DNA from: Lepidodermella squamata
Taxonomy: Eukaryota; Animalia; Gastrotricha
Length of the DNA: 64,000 nt
Direction of reading: 5' to 3'
Assembly: GCA_047495785.1 (NCBI GenBank)
Contig: JBLDXI010000024.1
Coordinates: 4,340,001 to 4,404,000 of the forward strand
Shown here: piece by piece, positions 12,320 through 24,888 of the stretch
How positions within the stretch are numbered: position 1 is the stretch's first letter
Layout of the letters: every line of letters begins with the position of its first letter
The notes under the pieces: model-generated
What the model saw: the letters and a program-made list of their open reading frames with translations, nothing else
Databases searched by the model: none
What the model was told of the DNA's origin: nothing
Translations under genes and position numbers: made by a program

Positions 12320-14470
12320 AGCAATCTTTGCCGGTCCAACTTCCGGTACAGGTGCAAATGTTTGGCTGCGCACAAATTCCGCCATTTTTACAATCACCAA
12401 TTGCGGAGCAGGATGCTTAATTGCATTATATAGGTTCTGAAGCATATTTCAAGACTCTTGAGCTTACGATATGCGCAGTTTGTATGACTCCAACCCGATG
12501 CACAGCTGCACACATTGGTGCCAACGCAGGTTCCCCCATTATAGCAAGATCCCAAGCCCGAACAGTCAACATTATTCCACAACTGGCATCTACTCCCACT
12601 CCATTTGCTTGGGCAAGAGCAGATGTCAGGCGCGAAGCAAGTTCCGCCGTTTAGACAGCCGCCGATTGATGAACAATCAGCTATATTTAATTATGTTCGT
12701 TCTGAACAGCTTGGAAAAAGTGCCCACTCACGTTGTGTACAGTTCGCGCCCACCCAGCCTGCTGTACACGCGCAGGAATTTGGACCCACACAAGTTCCTC
12801 CGTTCAAGCATCCTCCTAAAGGGGCGCAATCGGCTGTGAACACTTCAATTATCATGCATTCTCTCCAGGATAGCAATTCTACCTATCTCGCAAATAGAAC
12901 CTCCCCAGCCTAAGTTACACGCGCAGGTATCCGGCGCCACACACGAGCCACCATTTTGACAGACTGGCGAGCAAACAGCTACATGAACTTATGTAAATAA
13001 TGTTCCGTTTGGAAATTCGTGCATTATTACCTGTGCTGCAATCAGTCCCAGTCCAACCTGCTGGGCAAGAGCAAATGTCTGGAGCTGAGCAAGATGCGCC
13101 ATTTGTACAAGCAGGAGAACAGATAGCTTCGAAAATAATTGGGAAATTTAATGCAAAGGGGTAAATCTAGGCTTTAGCTTTATCTATACCGGTTGAACAG
13201 TTGGAACCAATCCAGCCCACCGTGCAGGTGCAAATGTCAGGGCTGGAGCACGTGCCGCCATTTAAACAGTTGCCAACAGAAGTGCAGCTCGCTGAAAAAG
13301 GAGGAAATTCTGGTCAGAAGGGGTACAGAGGCGATACAACGCCTACGCATGTCACATGTGGGGCCTTCCCAGCCTTGATCGCAGCTGCATTCATCCGGAG
13401 CTGAACAAACCCCGTTGGCACAGGCCTGATTGCAGATAGCTGAAAACAGCGGTTAAAATGGCTACACCTATCGGATTTGACCTACGAGTGTCACACGTCG
13501 CATCAGTCCAACCAGCAGCGCAAATGCATGTGGTGGAAGGCGTCATGCAAGTCCCTCCATTCAAGCAAGGCAAGCATGTGACTGGTGAAAGACATGAGAT
13601 ATAACTTATCTTTCAATTAATTCAATTAATTATTATTTTTCAACCGGAAGTGCAATTTGATCCCGCCCATCCTGGAGCACATGTACAGGTGTTTAGGGCA
13701 GTGCAAGTTCCTCCATTAGCGCAGTTGCCCAGTGCTGAGCAGTCAGCTGGAATTACACTACCTAGAAAAAAGCAGTCATTGAATTAGTTTTCTTGCTGCT
13801 CGTCTTGTCTGGATTAATTTTCAATATTGAATTGGTACGGGATGCATAAATACCTATGTCGCACGCAGAACCTTCCCAGCCCGGTGCGCATGTACAGGTG
13901 TTTGGCGCAGTGCACGTTCCTCCATTAGCGCAACCGCCCAGTGTCGAGCAGTCAACTAAAAATGCAATTGAAAGGAGTCAGAAAACGTCGTGAGTCGTGA
14001 GATGAATTATTCATGATGAATATTGCAATATCGGATCGTTACTAAATAAACAATAACGCACCTGTGTCGCACGTGGAACCTTTCCAGCCGGGTGCACATG
14101 TACAGTTGTTCGGGGCGATGCATGTTCCACCATTTGAACAAAGCCCATTTGCAGCGGAGCAACTTGCTGGAACAACAAGCAGTAATTACAGAAACTTAAA
14201 TTCACGATTTATCTCACGAGTGCTGCAATCTGCTCCTCGCCATCCAGCTGCGCACGTGCAGGAGTTAGGACCGATACATGTCGCTCCATTCTTGCAATCA
14301 CCAATACCCGTACATGAGGCTAAATAGTATTTAAACGTATAGCTGTTTTGGTTGAAATTAAAAACGCACGAGTAGAACAATCAAGCCCCGACCAACCAGC
14401 ATTGCACGAGCAGTTGTTGGTTCGAATGCAAGCTCCATTTGAGTTACAGTTGGATAACGATGAACAATCT
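12320..14470 (-). repeat. Array of about 14 EGF-like modules of copy B, mostly one phase-1 exon each
   Basis: Recurrent C-x-x-IGGC-x-NGGTC-x-x-PN-x-C-x-C-x-x-GW-x-G-x-x-C units about 150-160 nt apart, separated by short introns. Confidence 0.8.
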
Positions 14471-16142
14471 GCTGTTGCAGCTGTTAACCAAAAAATAGAA
14501 TAGGAATATAATCGACCTATCTCCTCATTCTATGTCTCGATCTTAAAACCCTCTGACCTCTCGGATTGTCGGCTTTACCCGTTTTGGCCAATATTCAACT
14601 AAGGAAATTCTCGTACCCAGGGGGCGATCCAGAGTCCAAAGAACATCATGCTGTTTTCCCCTACAATTTTCCCCAAAATTGCTGTTTTCTCCATATTCAA
14701 TGAAAAAACGAGCGAAGCGAGGAATTTTTTTAACTTAAACACGTTTAAAACCTGTCGATAGGTTAGTAGTTAATAACTCACGAATGCATGTGCCCATAAT
14801 TCCAACCCACTGTTTAGACACAGCACACGTCAAAGTTGCGTAGGGAAGTCCGGTATCATTGAAAACATAACCAGGAGGGCTGCATCGATATTCCCAGACA
14901 ATTCCTCTGGTATTTCGCAACTCGGGCGCGACTGCTATTGGAATAGTGAAATTGTTGGTGGTGTTCGCGACTAATGGCGGATCAACACATCGCGTTGAGA
15001 CGCAGCTGTGCGTTGCGCCAGTCGGAGAGCTATACGGAGGTGCGCACGTCTTTGTTAGATCTCCAGATGCCAACTCGAAGTTCTGATCACATTCGTAAAC
15101 TATGGTATAGGTGCCAGCATTGTTTGTAACCGAAGCGATATGCGAGTTTGACCCATTGGTATCAGGCAAGGAGCCGCATAGCTCGCGACAGTCAATGGGG
15201 GTGCCTGTCCAGCGTCCTGCGGTCTGATTGCAAGTCAGCACAGACCAGTCTTGGGCACTCAGCATATTTCGGTAGTCATTTATGCACGTGTAATTCACAG
15301 ACATGATCGTCGGCATCCCAACTATTTCCATTTGGGTGTTTGGCATCCCAGGGGGAGGCCCGCAGACTGACACATGGCTTAGAAGCTCGTTACGGTAGTA
15401 TGTATCCGTCGCTGTACTGACAGCTCCATCGCCGGGTTTGCAAATCAGGCTTCGCAAACTGCAAGAATTGGCAGTTTGGCTGTAAACAAATAGAACGCAC
15501 ACAAAGGTCGTATAGCTCGTACATGTAGCCATGCATTGCTCAGGGGTAGATATGTCTCCCAAAGTATATGATGTTCCTGAATTGCTGCATTGGTATTTTG
15601 GGGCCTTGATAAATGTGCCCTTCGGAACAACGCGGCGAATCTTCATCTCAGTGCGTGCTAGAGGATCTGTGGGTGATACTGAAGAGAACGTGCTCCAGTA
15701 AGTATGCATAGAACTAGAAGCCTGAGGTCCATACAGGTTGTTCAAATTGCTTCGAGTCGAAAGTGCGCTACAAGTGGGCAGAAACAACCACCAACCACCG
15801 GAAGTACACGCATCCAATACAAACGGCCGACCGTTATGGTAATTGAGAGAATCTCCAATTTTCGAATTGTTGTTATATCCGGAGATAGTCAAGACGTTTG
15901 ACGTCCCAGTGAGGTAAAAGGTACTGTATAACGCGTATCCCCAAGTGTTCGCCATGCCGATTTGAATTAGTAGCTCGTAGTCTCCAGCCTGTGTCAGGGC
16001 TCTGATTTTTGCGCTACCAAGCCAATAGCTGGCTGATGGATCACCAAATCCAGCTTCATAAGCACTCAAGTTTTGTGCAAAACTTTGATTTCCATCAAGC
16101 CGACGTTGGATAACTGTCCAGCCACCGCCCATTGTATCCTGA

Positions 16143-19100
16143 CCCAGTCGGAAATCAGTAGACCGAGAAATAGCGGAATGATCGAATTGAGATCGAATAA
16201 AGATCTATCAACTATGATCGTAGAAATTTGGTCACAGCTAGACCGAGGCGACCATTCAAGCAGCCCGAATCGTTTAAATTGCGACTATACCAATAGATCG
16301 AGGCTCCTCGATCGCCGCTGGGTCAGATTTCGTTCAGATCCAGACAAGTCACCCGCATTATTCAACACATTTAATTACTCACCGCCGGTTTAGCCACTTG
16401 GAGCAGGCCAGGGTTATTTTAATAGGATCCTACCAAATCGATCTAGCTAGGGTCGATCCAAAGGCAACGATACTTTAATTTAACCAAAAACTAAGCTACG
16501 CTATGGGTTATCACATTCACGGGCTTAGATCTAAGGCGATAGATCTACAAATGATCTGCGGCAATATTTAGGTTATAAATTGTCTTCCTCGATTCGTAAT
16601 GGGTTTGAGCCCAACACGTGTCGTTATGACGCAACATTGTTACAGCAGCGGCTTTTTGAACTACTGTGAGAATGAAATAAATCGGTCATTTTGCCATTCT
16701 TCAACCTACTGTAACGTTGTCTTATTTCGGACAAAAACCTGTTTTTCAGGCTTAATTTTGTGAGATGAACGAATTTTTTTACGTACTTTGCGCCAAAAGA
16801 TGCACCTTGAAAAACTGCATATCGTAGTGTTAATCACGGTAGAAATATACCTTCTGCAAATTATACCTGCACAGGTATTCACGGAAAACTGACTCGGCTA
16901 ATTTCGGACACAACTGGGGTAATTTCGGACAGCTCAGTGTGAATATTTAGATTAGGGCCAAAGTTCGCATTAAAGCGAGATAAAATTTGTGAGCAGATTT
17001 AAAAATAAAAAAATGAATTGCATGCTGAGGGATTTGAACCCCCGCTAGCGAATTGGCGCTCTCAACGCAGCTCAGTCCTATTCTCACTAAAATAGTAAAG
17101 TTTAAAAACGGTCAAGGTTGATTGAATTCTCTGTAGTTAGGGGCTGTCCGAAATTAGCCGGGGGGTATCGGTTTTTCCGACGGAATTTCAGGCAAAATGT
17201 CTCGTATAAATTTGTTCCAAACATGCCAGCCTAACTGAAGTCGATGCGCTCTTTCTTTTGCGCTTCTATCCGGCAAAAAATATTGTCATTTGAAAAAGTT
17301 TGCAATTTTTTACCTCGGCGCTCACCTGCCAAGAATTACAGCCATTCTTCGTGAACAAATCCGTTTGTCATGTTTCAGGTGTCATTTGAAAGACAAGACT
17401 CCGGGCTATCTCCTGCATTTTGAACGGTATTTCTATTTACCGGGGTTTTGGAGAAACTCGCGCTCAAAGCCAAAAGTGTCCGAAATTACCCTGTCCGAAA
17501 AAGGACTGCGTTACAGTAATTCGCACTTGAGATTTTTCATCATAATTTTAGTTTATTTTTGTTGAGGCTGAATTGCTTTTTGTACTGCTATGCTAAGGGC
17601 TAAGGCTATGCTGCTACCTTAACACTCTTAGTTGATAGCCTTAGTAAATTTGTTATGATTATTTAGCCTTTTATTTAGTTTTTTTATTTTAGCGCAACCA
17701 CATAGATTCTAGTTTTCGAACCCCAATTTAAACGACTGGGCTAAATGGACATCTGCCATACATTTTTCAAAATTTTTAGAATTTTATAAATTTCCATGCC
17801 GATCTCGCGGGCGAGAAATTCGAAATTGCAATTATCGCGGCCTTCCTGCGTGGAAATTCGGCCGTAGTACAGGCTTGAAATGTCCGTCTATTTTTTCTGA
17901 TTTTTGTTATTAATTATTTTAACTTAAATCGTTAAAATCGTTAAACGTCAACCATTCTCGCCCGTCACCTTAATTTTTTGCTTCAGGTTGAACATCGCGT
18001 ACTATGGCAGTCGTGATTTATTATGACTTCGATTGTTATTTGTTTCGAAAATTCCACCTTAATTATTGACCACTTATAGATAGATTCCTGTCGAACCTGT
18101 CTCACAGAGCTGACTGGTCATCCAGTTAAACAAGATTGTGTGAAAATCAACAACTCCTGCGGTAAGAAATTTTCCTGCCTGTAAAATGTAGGTGAAAAAT
18201 TGGTGAAATTGCAACAAAATTATTAGAAATAATTTGTCAAGTCAACCTGTAATGCTCTCGTAGAATTTTCTGAGGCCTAGGATTGTTTACTATTGATACG
18301 AAAATGTTGGCTATTCAATTTAGATGAATAACGCATTTTCGAAGCAAAAATCGAATTTTAATCAATAATTATTTTTAATTTCCTAATTTTTTGTTTTCAG
18401 AGATGCTATGTGATCAGGACGAAAATTTGGAAACCAAAACAATTATCGAGCGATTGTGGCTACAAACTGCGGCTATCGGCTGGTAAGCAAAACACATTTT
18501 CTGAAATTATCATGTAATTATTTCGCCTGAAGCTTTGGCAATTTTCCCCGAATTCTCAATGAATCGTTCGTCGAATTCAACCACCGTGAAATCGTTTGGG
18601 TAAGAAAAATGAATTTCAAACTAATTTCGTTTTCTGGTCTCAGCAATAATAAACAAATTCAAGTTGTATTGAATTTTCTAGATGCAAAAGCTATGGTTCG
18701 AAATTTGGGACGAATTTCAACCCGAATCTCGATCGAAGTGAAAATGGCAAGTCAATTTTGCGGCTATTTTTTATTTATTTTTGAGAAAAATGTTTAGGTT
18801 CACCGTGCCAAGATAACGTGCTCGATTTCCTTGTCGCCGAGTCATTCGAGCTCCAATTTCAGGTAAGACCCAGTGATTATTGCGAAAAATGTTATTCTCA
18901 CCTTAAATTTATTTTCGCAGATATAAAAGTTTCAATATTTTCGCTGGACTGAAGTGGCGAGTAACGAGTGACGACGACAAGGCGAACTCGAGGCGGCTAC
19001 GACTTCATTTCTGGAAAATTGAATCGACGTTCAAGCCGAGAGACATTTATTTATATTCATGTGATTTGTGTCCAATTGCTTCATCGTGCTAGTACGACGA

Positions 19101-19434
19101 ATAGAATGTGGCAAAACTTATTTTTAAATAAATAAATGGAAAAAATTGGAATAATTGCTTTTAATGAGAGTAAATGAACCAAGTGAAGGAACAGCTGGAG
19201 CAAGCCGTGATTCATGCGGGCAGTTCAAGCCCGTATTATGAACTAGATCTACGCACGATCTAATCGCGAAAATTTAGATCTACCGCCGGTCTATCCATCA
19301 GGACCTATCCGCCGTCTAGGTAGTCGCTAGCTAGATCTACCCCAGTGTCATTTTTCGCATCCCACACGATCTATCCAGATAGATCCAATATTAGCGGTTT
19401 GGGTCTAGCTAGGATCTATTTTTTTACGACTGGG
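16143..19434. mobile_element. Non-autonomous CACTA/EnSpm (CMC)-like DNA transposon inserted in the FReD4 exon of copy B
   Basis: Termini CCCAGTCG...CGACTGGG, 2-bp TSD GA (16141-16142, 19435-19436), dense (A/G)GATCTA/TAGATC subterminal repeats at both ends. Removing the element and one TSD restores GCG TAT TGC GAT CAG GAT ACA ATG (AYCDQDTM), matching copy D AYCDQETM. Confidence 0.85.
16709..17516. mobile_element. Nested MITE with TA target duplication (Tc1/mariner-pogo type), about 0.8 kb
   Basis: Imperfect about 25-bp TIRs (left CTGTAACGTTGTCTTATTTCGGACA, right TGTCCGAAAAAGGACTGCGTTACAG), TA at 16707-16708 and 17517-17518, internal AATTTCGGACA repeats in both orientations. Confidence 0.75.
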
Positions 19435-22251
19435 GATCGCAATACGCTGAAAAGCTGCCGACTGTAGTCTCATTCAGCGTGAACACGCCGGATTCACTTG
19501 ACGCCCCCATCGCCATGTTATAGCTCTGAATAGCATTGCAATCATAGGGCAACGGCCGAACTGGGGGACACAGTCATGTGAGTGGTGAAGTCATATGAAC
19601 AGAGTCTGGGTATTTCAACTTACGATAGCAAGCTAGAGATTTCCCGGAATAAACACCGAAAACAGGTGATGGGATTCTCTCTTTGCTGCCGACTGGGTAA
19701 TACTTTCTGTTGCAGTCATACCTTGCGATTCCAACAAGGGAAGCCAAAGCAGTTGTAGTGGCATTGGGGACATTCTTGAGGTTAGCTTTTCCGAATTATG
19801 GACAAATTAAAAGCTGTTTCAATCATATCTGATATGGCACTTACATGTTGCTTTCCGTTGAATCAGCATTTTTGTGCCTTTTACTTTCAGAGCCCCCCAC
19901 TTTAACGAAGAATTAACAGCGCTGGATCCCATTTTGTTGTTCAAGTTGGAGTCGAAGCCACAATTACTTGGGAACCACCAACCCCCGGTAAATTGATACG
20001 GAGTGAAGCACCCGGAAGAAGGACCGCGATCTGATGTCGAAAACTCCTGATAATTGTGCTTGGTGGACAGCATATCACCAGCAGTGCCCTGGTAATTGCT
20101 GACGAATAGCCGATAACCATCCTGCTCACTGCTGACTTGAAAATCGCCGTAAAAAACCCGCAGTTCTGTATTGTTTTGCAGAAAAATTCTAATCGCCAGC
20201 TGATAGGCACTATCTTTGGTCAATTTGTAGAGATTCTCGTTACCTGTGATTGCATTGACGAGGATGTTAAACTGTTCCCGCAAGACTTACCAATCCATAA
20301 ATCTATACTTTTCGTGAGAGGCGAAAGAGTGAATCCATTTCTATAATCCTGCCAGGTTCTGTTGAACAATGTCGTGTTAAAAAATTGCTGCTGGATAACC
20401 TATCAAACAATCAATGGGCTAGATATAGGCAAGGGATTTCGCATTTTTATACTCACCGTCCATCCTTTATTTGATGTTATGTAGCTGATTGGGTCACATA
20501 TCACCTCCAGCGGTCCAACCTTCGGATGGTAGATCCAATATACAGTGTCACTAGTATAACCTGTGGTAGTATATAAATCCATGCAGTCCTGAGGTTTGGA
20601 GCCAGCTAAGGTACAGTTCCTTTAAGAATTCATTATTAGACAACTCCACACAATTACCAGGCTTTATCCTTGCTTTATCATCATAACACTAGAGGCTAGA
20701 GAAACATTTCTGCCCTTCCAAGAGTTCCAGAACAGTCCCATTTCCCAAGAGTTGGCGCCAACGACTCCATTCATGTTAGCATCTGAGCAGTCTGGATTGT
20801 TTTGGTTGCCGTTTGTCGGTAGTTTGAACCACCAAGCCCCTGGTCGCTTTGGGGCACAAGTGCGGCCTTTTGGTTGGTCATACGTTTGGAAAGGCTGATT
20901 GTTAGAGCTATTCAAGGCATCGCCAGGATGATCTTTCATGGCTGTGTTCATTGCACTTATCGACAAAGTGTAGTTAACGGTATCCAATAACGAAAACGTC
21001 GGGTAATTGGCTGTTCGCCTGTCGCCTGTCGTATCTTCCAGAACTACGGCAAGATTGTATGTAACACCTTGAAGAAATTTGTATGTTAGTTGATAGATGA
21101 TCGAGTTGCCGAGGTAATGCGAGCCGTTTAAATTTCCAAATCCTGTTTCATAGATTGCCCATGTTCTATTGAAGTTCAACCCGTCATTCTTGTTGCGCTG
21201 AATCACCGTCCAGCCGCCACCGAGGGCTACCATTTCGCAGTAAACAGAAACCGGCGCCGCAAAGCCGATTGGATATATCTGGTATACACCGCTTGGTGCG
21301 TGAGGATTGCACGCGAGAATGTCATCGCAATCCATAGGTTTCGGGAAAACTTGCACTAAAGTTATATCAATATCACTATCAAGAAGCTATTGAGAACCTT
21401 CAAAACTGACTAGGTAAAACAGTATATGAGTTCCTTCGGAACATCATTTCCGTTGAACTCATGCTAGTATTTGGCCCTTTGAAAGTGTTGTAAGTTGACA
21501 TTTGAGCTGGAACTTCTGAACCGAAAACACTATAAATATAGAAGTTAAGACCTTTCGAAAAGAGGTAAAAGATTTGACGCTCACCCATTCAAGTTTGCGG
21601 AGCTGGGATACCTGAAAAATAAGATGTGGGTGAGAGATTTAGATTGAAAATTATCGAACTAGCGATTCTTACCACCAGCCACTTCTGGAATTTACTGCAG
21701 CGGTCATATTATTGCGATCTTTTGTGCTGAAATTAGTGCCATTGCTACTTGGAAAACAATCGCCTGCGTTAGAATAATAAAATAGTTCCGAGAAAATGTA
21801 GAGATGGATAAAAAGACCTGCGTTGCCCGCAATGAAAATGCCATATTGGAGCCGGTAGTTATTGGTCTCATCTTTGACGTAGAAGTCAGTGTAGAAAGCT
21901 ATGCCACGGGTATTGTCAGGTGCCGCTACATAAATAGCAAGGAAGTTTAGGTCGCTGTAGTTGTTTGCCGATATTCGACGAATGTTATCATGTCCAAGCC
22001 AGAAACTTGAAGACAAATCGCCGAAACCATATTTATAGTCGGTCCAGTTCCGGTAGAAATTTGTCGAGTTGTCAATCCGCCGCTGAAACACTGTCCATCC
22101 ATTAACTGCCTGCTCTGTCATGTCACAATACACTTGTATTGCCGGGAATGTCGGCGGATAAATCGTATAAACTCCATCAGCTGAAGACGGATCTCTCATG
22201 AGAATATCCTCGCAATCGATGGGCGGCATTTTCCATATATCTACAAGTCAT

Positions 22252-23254
22252 AACGCAACGTGGCGATAGACGGGCGGGTCGTGGCGGGACGTGGCGGGTC
22301 GTGGCGGGACGTGGCGGGTCGTTCCACGCGTTGCGGACAGACAAAAATGACAAAATCGAAAATTTCAATTGAATCTCTAAAGTTTCAAAACAGTCTCAAC
22401 ACGGGAGACTTAGGGGAATTTTAAAGCTCTAGCTTCAGTCTTTCAAAATAATATTTTTTCAGATTTTAGAGACTGTTTTTCCGGGTAAAAAAATTGGTCT
22501 AAACGTCATGTTGCGGACAGACATTTTCAACATGTAAATTTTGGGTATTACATTTTATTACTGTTTCTCCTTTTATAAAATGGTATGGTGATAGGAATCA
22601 TTGTGTTTCTAAGACCGTAGACTGACTGAATCACTGAATTTTGGGGAAAATTTGGTGCACTTCGTTCAACATGGTCTACATTCGATAAAAACCATGTTGC
22701 GGACAGACGTTGCGGACAGACATTACCCTTTTGAGAAAGGGTGGCGGCATGAAATTTTCGTCTATCCCACTCAAAAAATATGCATTCGATAGAGCTAGGT
22801 TCACTTAATAAGTCAAACACTATGGAGCGGACCTGTTAGTCTTTTGTAAATTTTGCGGAATTTAAAAAGAAAACTAAATGAAAAAAACGAATTTTCAGCA
22901 CTTTGCAACAATATTTTTTACTTACTGAAACGTTTCAAATCTTGTTTTTGATGGGTTTTGCCAGCTATGGGTTGACTTTAAATAAAAAAATAGCCTCCAT
23001 GACCATCCCAACGCGCGATGGTAGTTTTTTTGCGAAAATGTGGTTTGACGTGTCTGTCCGCAACATTTGACATGTCTGTCCGCAACACCGTCAAATCAGG
23101 TGGGTAGGTAAATTTTTGGGCGTTTTGGTGTAGTTCAAAAAATTCCTCGGTTCAAATAAGGGCGATGTTGGGTGTTTCCAAACAACTTTAAGCATTAATG
23201 TATTTTTGGGGAATTAAATAGAGGCTTTTTTGTTGCGGACAGACATTTGCAACA
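22252..23254. mobile_element. About 1-kb insertion in an intron of copy B, family unassigned
   Basis: Flanked by AAGTCAT (22245-22251, 23255-23261). Removal leaves an intron of about 47 nt, close to the short equivalent introns in copies A and D. Contains about 7 copies of GTTGCGGACAGAC in both orientations. Confidence 0.6.
22274..22322. repeat. 10-bp GC-rich tandem repeat (GTGGCGGG[A/T]C), about 5 copies
   Basis: Read directly from the sequence. Confidence 0.9.
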
Positions 23255-24793
23255 AAGTCATGGAATCACCCAGATAGATCGAGTTACTGTTACCCACCAC
23301 AGTTTGAGCCGTAGCTGCTTTTGTAGCCGATTGGGCAAATGCAAGCAGCCGCACAAAGACCGGTGCCTGATGTGACGCAACCAGCGTGAGATTGACAGCC
23401 CATAACTTTGATTGTCATGGCAAACGGCGAGGCTGTGTAAGCCACTGGCCAAAGTCGAAGTTTTGATGTGCGAATGTTTGGACACAATTTCGAAACGCCG
23501 GCTGCAGTTCCATTGTATCCGGGAAATATCTGTGGGCAATTTTTTCAGGTTGTTCAGCGAACACTCAATAGTAACCTTCAATGGTGACGAGGCATCCTCT
23601 TGATTAGTCAAGACCGGATAGTAAAAACTGCCGAGCCTAGCCTGCTTAACATTAAATGCAACGGCGTAGGAAATGACGTATGCTGAATATTGGGTTCCCT
23701 TTCCAACTTCGATTGTTGATATTGTGACTTCATACCCCAGCATAATATACCAATACGTCCTTTCATCAACCTTCGATGGCGCCCATCCACTAGTCGTAGC
23801 AGCTGCTGATCCGGTACCTGACGAGGCACCTACAAACCCCATAAGTTTAGTAAAGTTTGCCGTCAGATCATCGCTGTCACACCCTATTTCAAGGCTGGTA
23901 TATCGTACTGCGATATCACTAGAAAATGAAGCACTTACGGGGCGAGGCTTCAGTTGGAAAAAACAAAATGCATCCAAGTTTCGAAATATATAAAAATTTG
24001 CCTACACGTTGTTTCGCAGTATCTTCCGCTGATACCAGCTGGACAGCTGCATAAGGTTTTGCCGGATCCACCAGTAACGCAAGTACCACCGTTGAAACAC
24101 CACGGGTAATCGGTACCGTTCGAAGAGCATATGTTTCCACCTTCATAAGAAACGCTGGATAGTAATATTTCTTATCTAATAATGATACCTGTGGTTGAAC
24201 AAGATGGTCCTGTATACGGCGATACACAGTAGCACAACCCATTGGCACATGTGGCACCATTTGCGCACTGTGTACTATCAGTACATACTGTATTCAATAA
24301 GCATAATATTCAAAACGTGACATTTTATACTTCAACTCTTACTTTTGGGAGTTGGCGTGTCGCAGATGGCTCCCGTCCACGTGGGCGCGCATGCGCAAAC
24401 ACCTGGGGCGCTACATTTTCCACCATTTTGGCATGGATTTGGACAGACGGCTGAAAATTGAAACATGTGCTATCAAATAATATCAAGTCTTGGCTTCGGA
24501 TTACGAGTTGTGCAGTCAGAACCTGCCCATTGCCCAGTGCAGGAGCATACGCTGCCCACACATGTTCCACCATTTGCACAGCCGTCCTGACATTGCCCAG
24601 TGGTACTCGGAACACGTGCGACCAGTAATATCAGGCATTTGAAAAGCAAGCCCATATGTAATTGGTTCATAAATCTGAAAATTGTGGTCGGAAATGATGA
24701 AAATTAACTTGAACCTTCTAAAAAGCCACAAGAAGCTATAAATGAGGTTTTGCTACAAACAACTGTGTATAGGTTTCGATTTTAGTCTTGTCA

Positions 24794-24888
24794 TTTTATA
24801 GGTCAGATCACTGTTGCTTAGCATAATTTTCTCGACGTGTTATCTGTAGTCTTTCCCACGCAAATATATATTTTCATGAATTTTACAT
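24794..24888 (-). promoter_or_regulatory. Putative core promoter of copy B (TATA, X-box-like, POU4-like)
   Basis: Minus-strand CTATAAAA at about 24794-24801, GTTGCTTAGCATA at 24813-24825, minus-strand ATGTAAAATTCATG at 24875-24888; homologous to the copy A promoter. Confidence 0.5.

Larger units (their letters stand above)
7295..24655 (-). pseudogene. Polycystin-1-like receptor, copy B: full architecture but disrupted (11-bp duplication with stop, 3.3-kb transposon in an exon, 2-bp frameshift)
   Basis: ATG 24655 (MGLLFKCLILLVARVPSTTGQC). ORFs: 14735-16132 (FReD4/PAN/Sushi), 9727-12156 (GAIN-like/TM1/PLAT/TM2-3), 9071-9700, 7672-8997 (PKD channel), 7295-7690 (tail). Lesions at 20661-20679 (TAA), 16143-19434 (insertion) and about 12190-12197 (8 nt where copy D has 6). 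Confidence 0.85.

Noticed and set aside
14490-14770. Enlarged intron in copy B containing CGAGCGAAGCGAG and a short internal repeat
   Set aside because: Probably a repeat fragment, but I could not define TIRs or a TSD.
17021-17090. tRNA B-box-like GGTTCAAATCC on the minus strand
   Set aside because: No cloverleaf or convincing A-box, and it lies inside a MITE; at most a SINE remnant.
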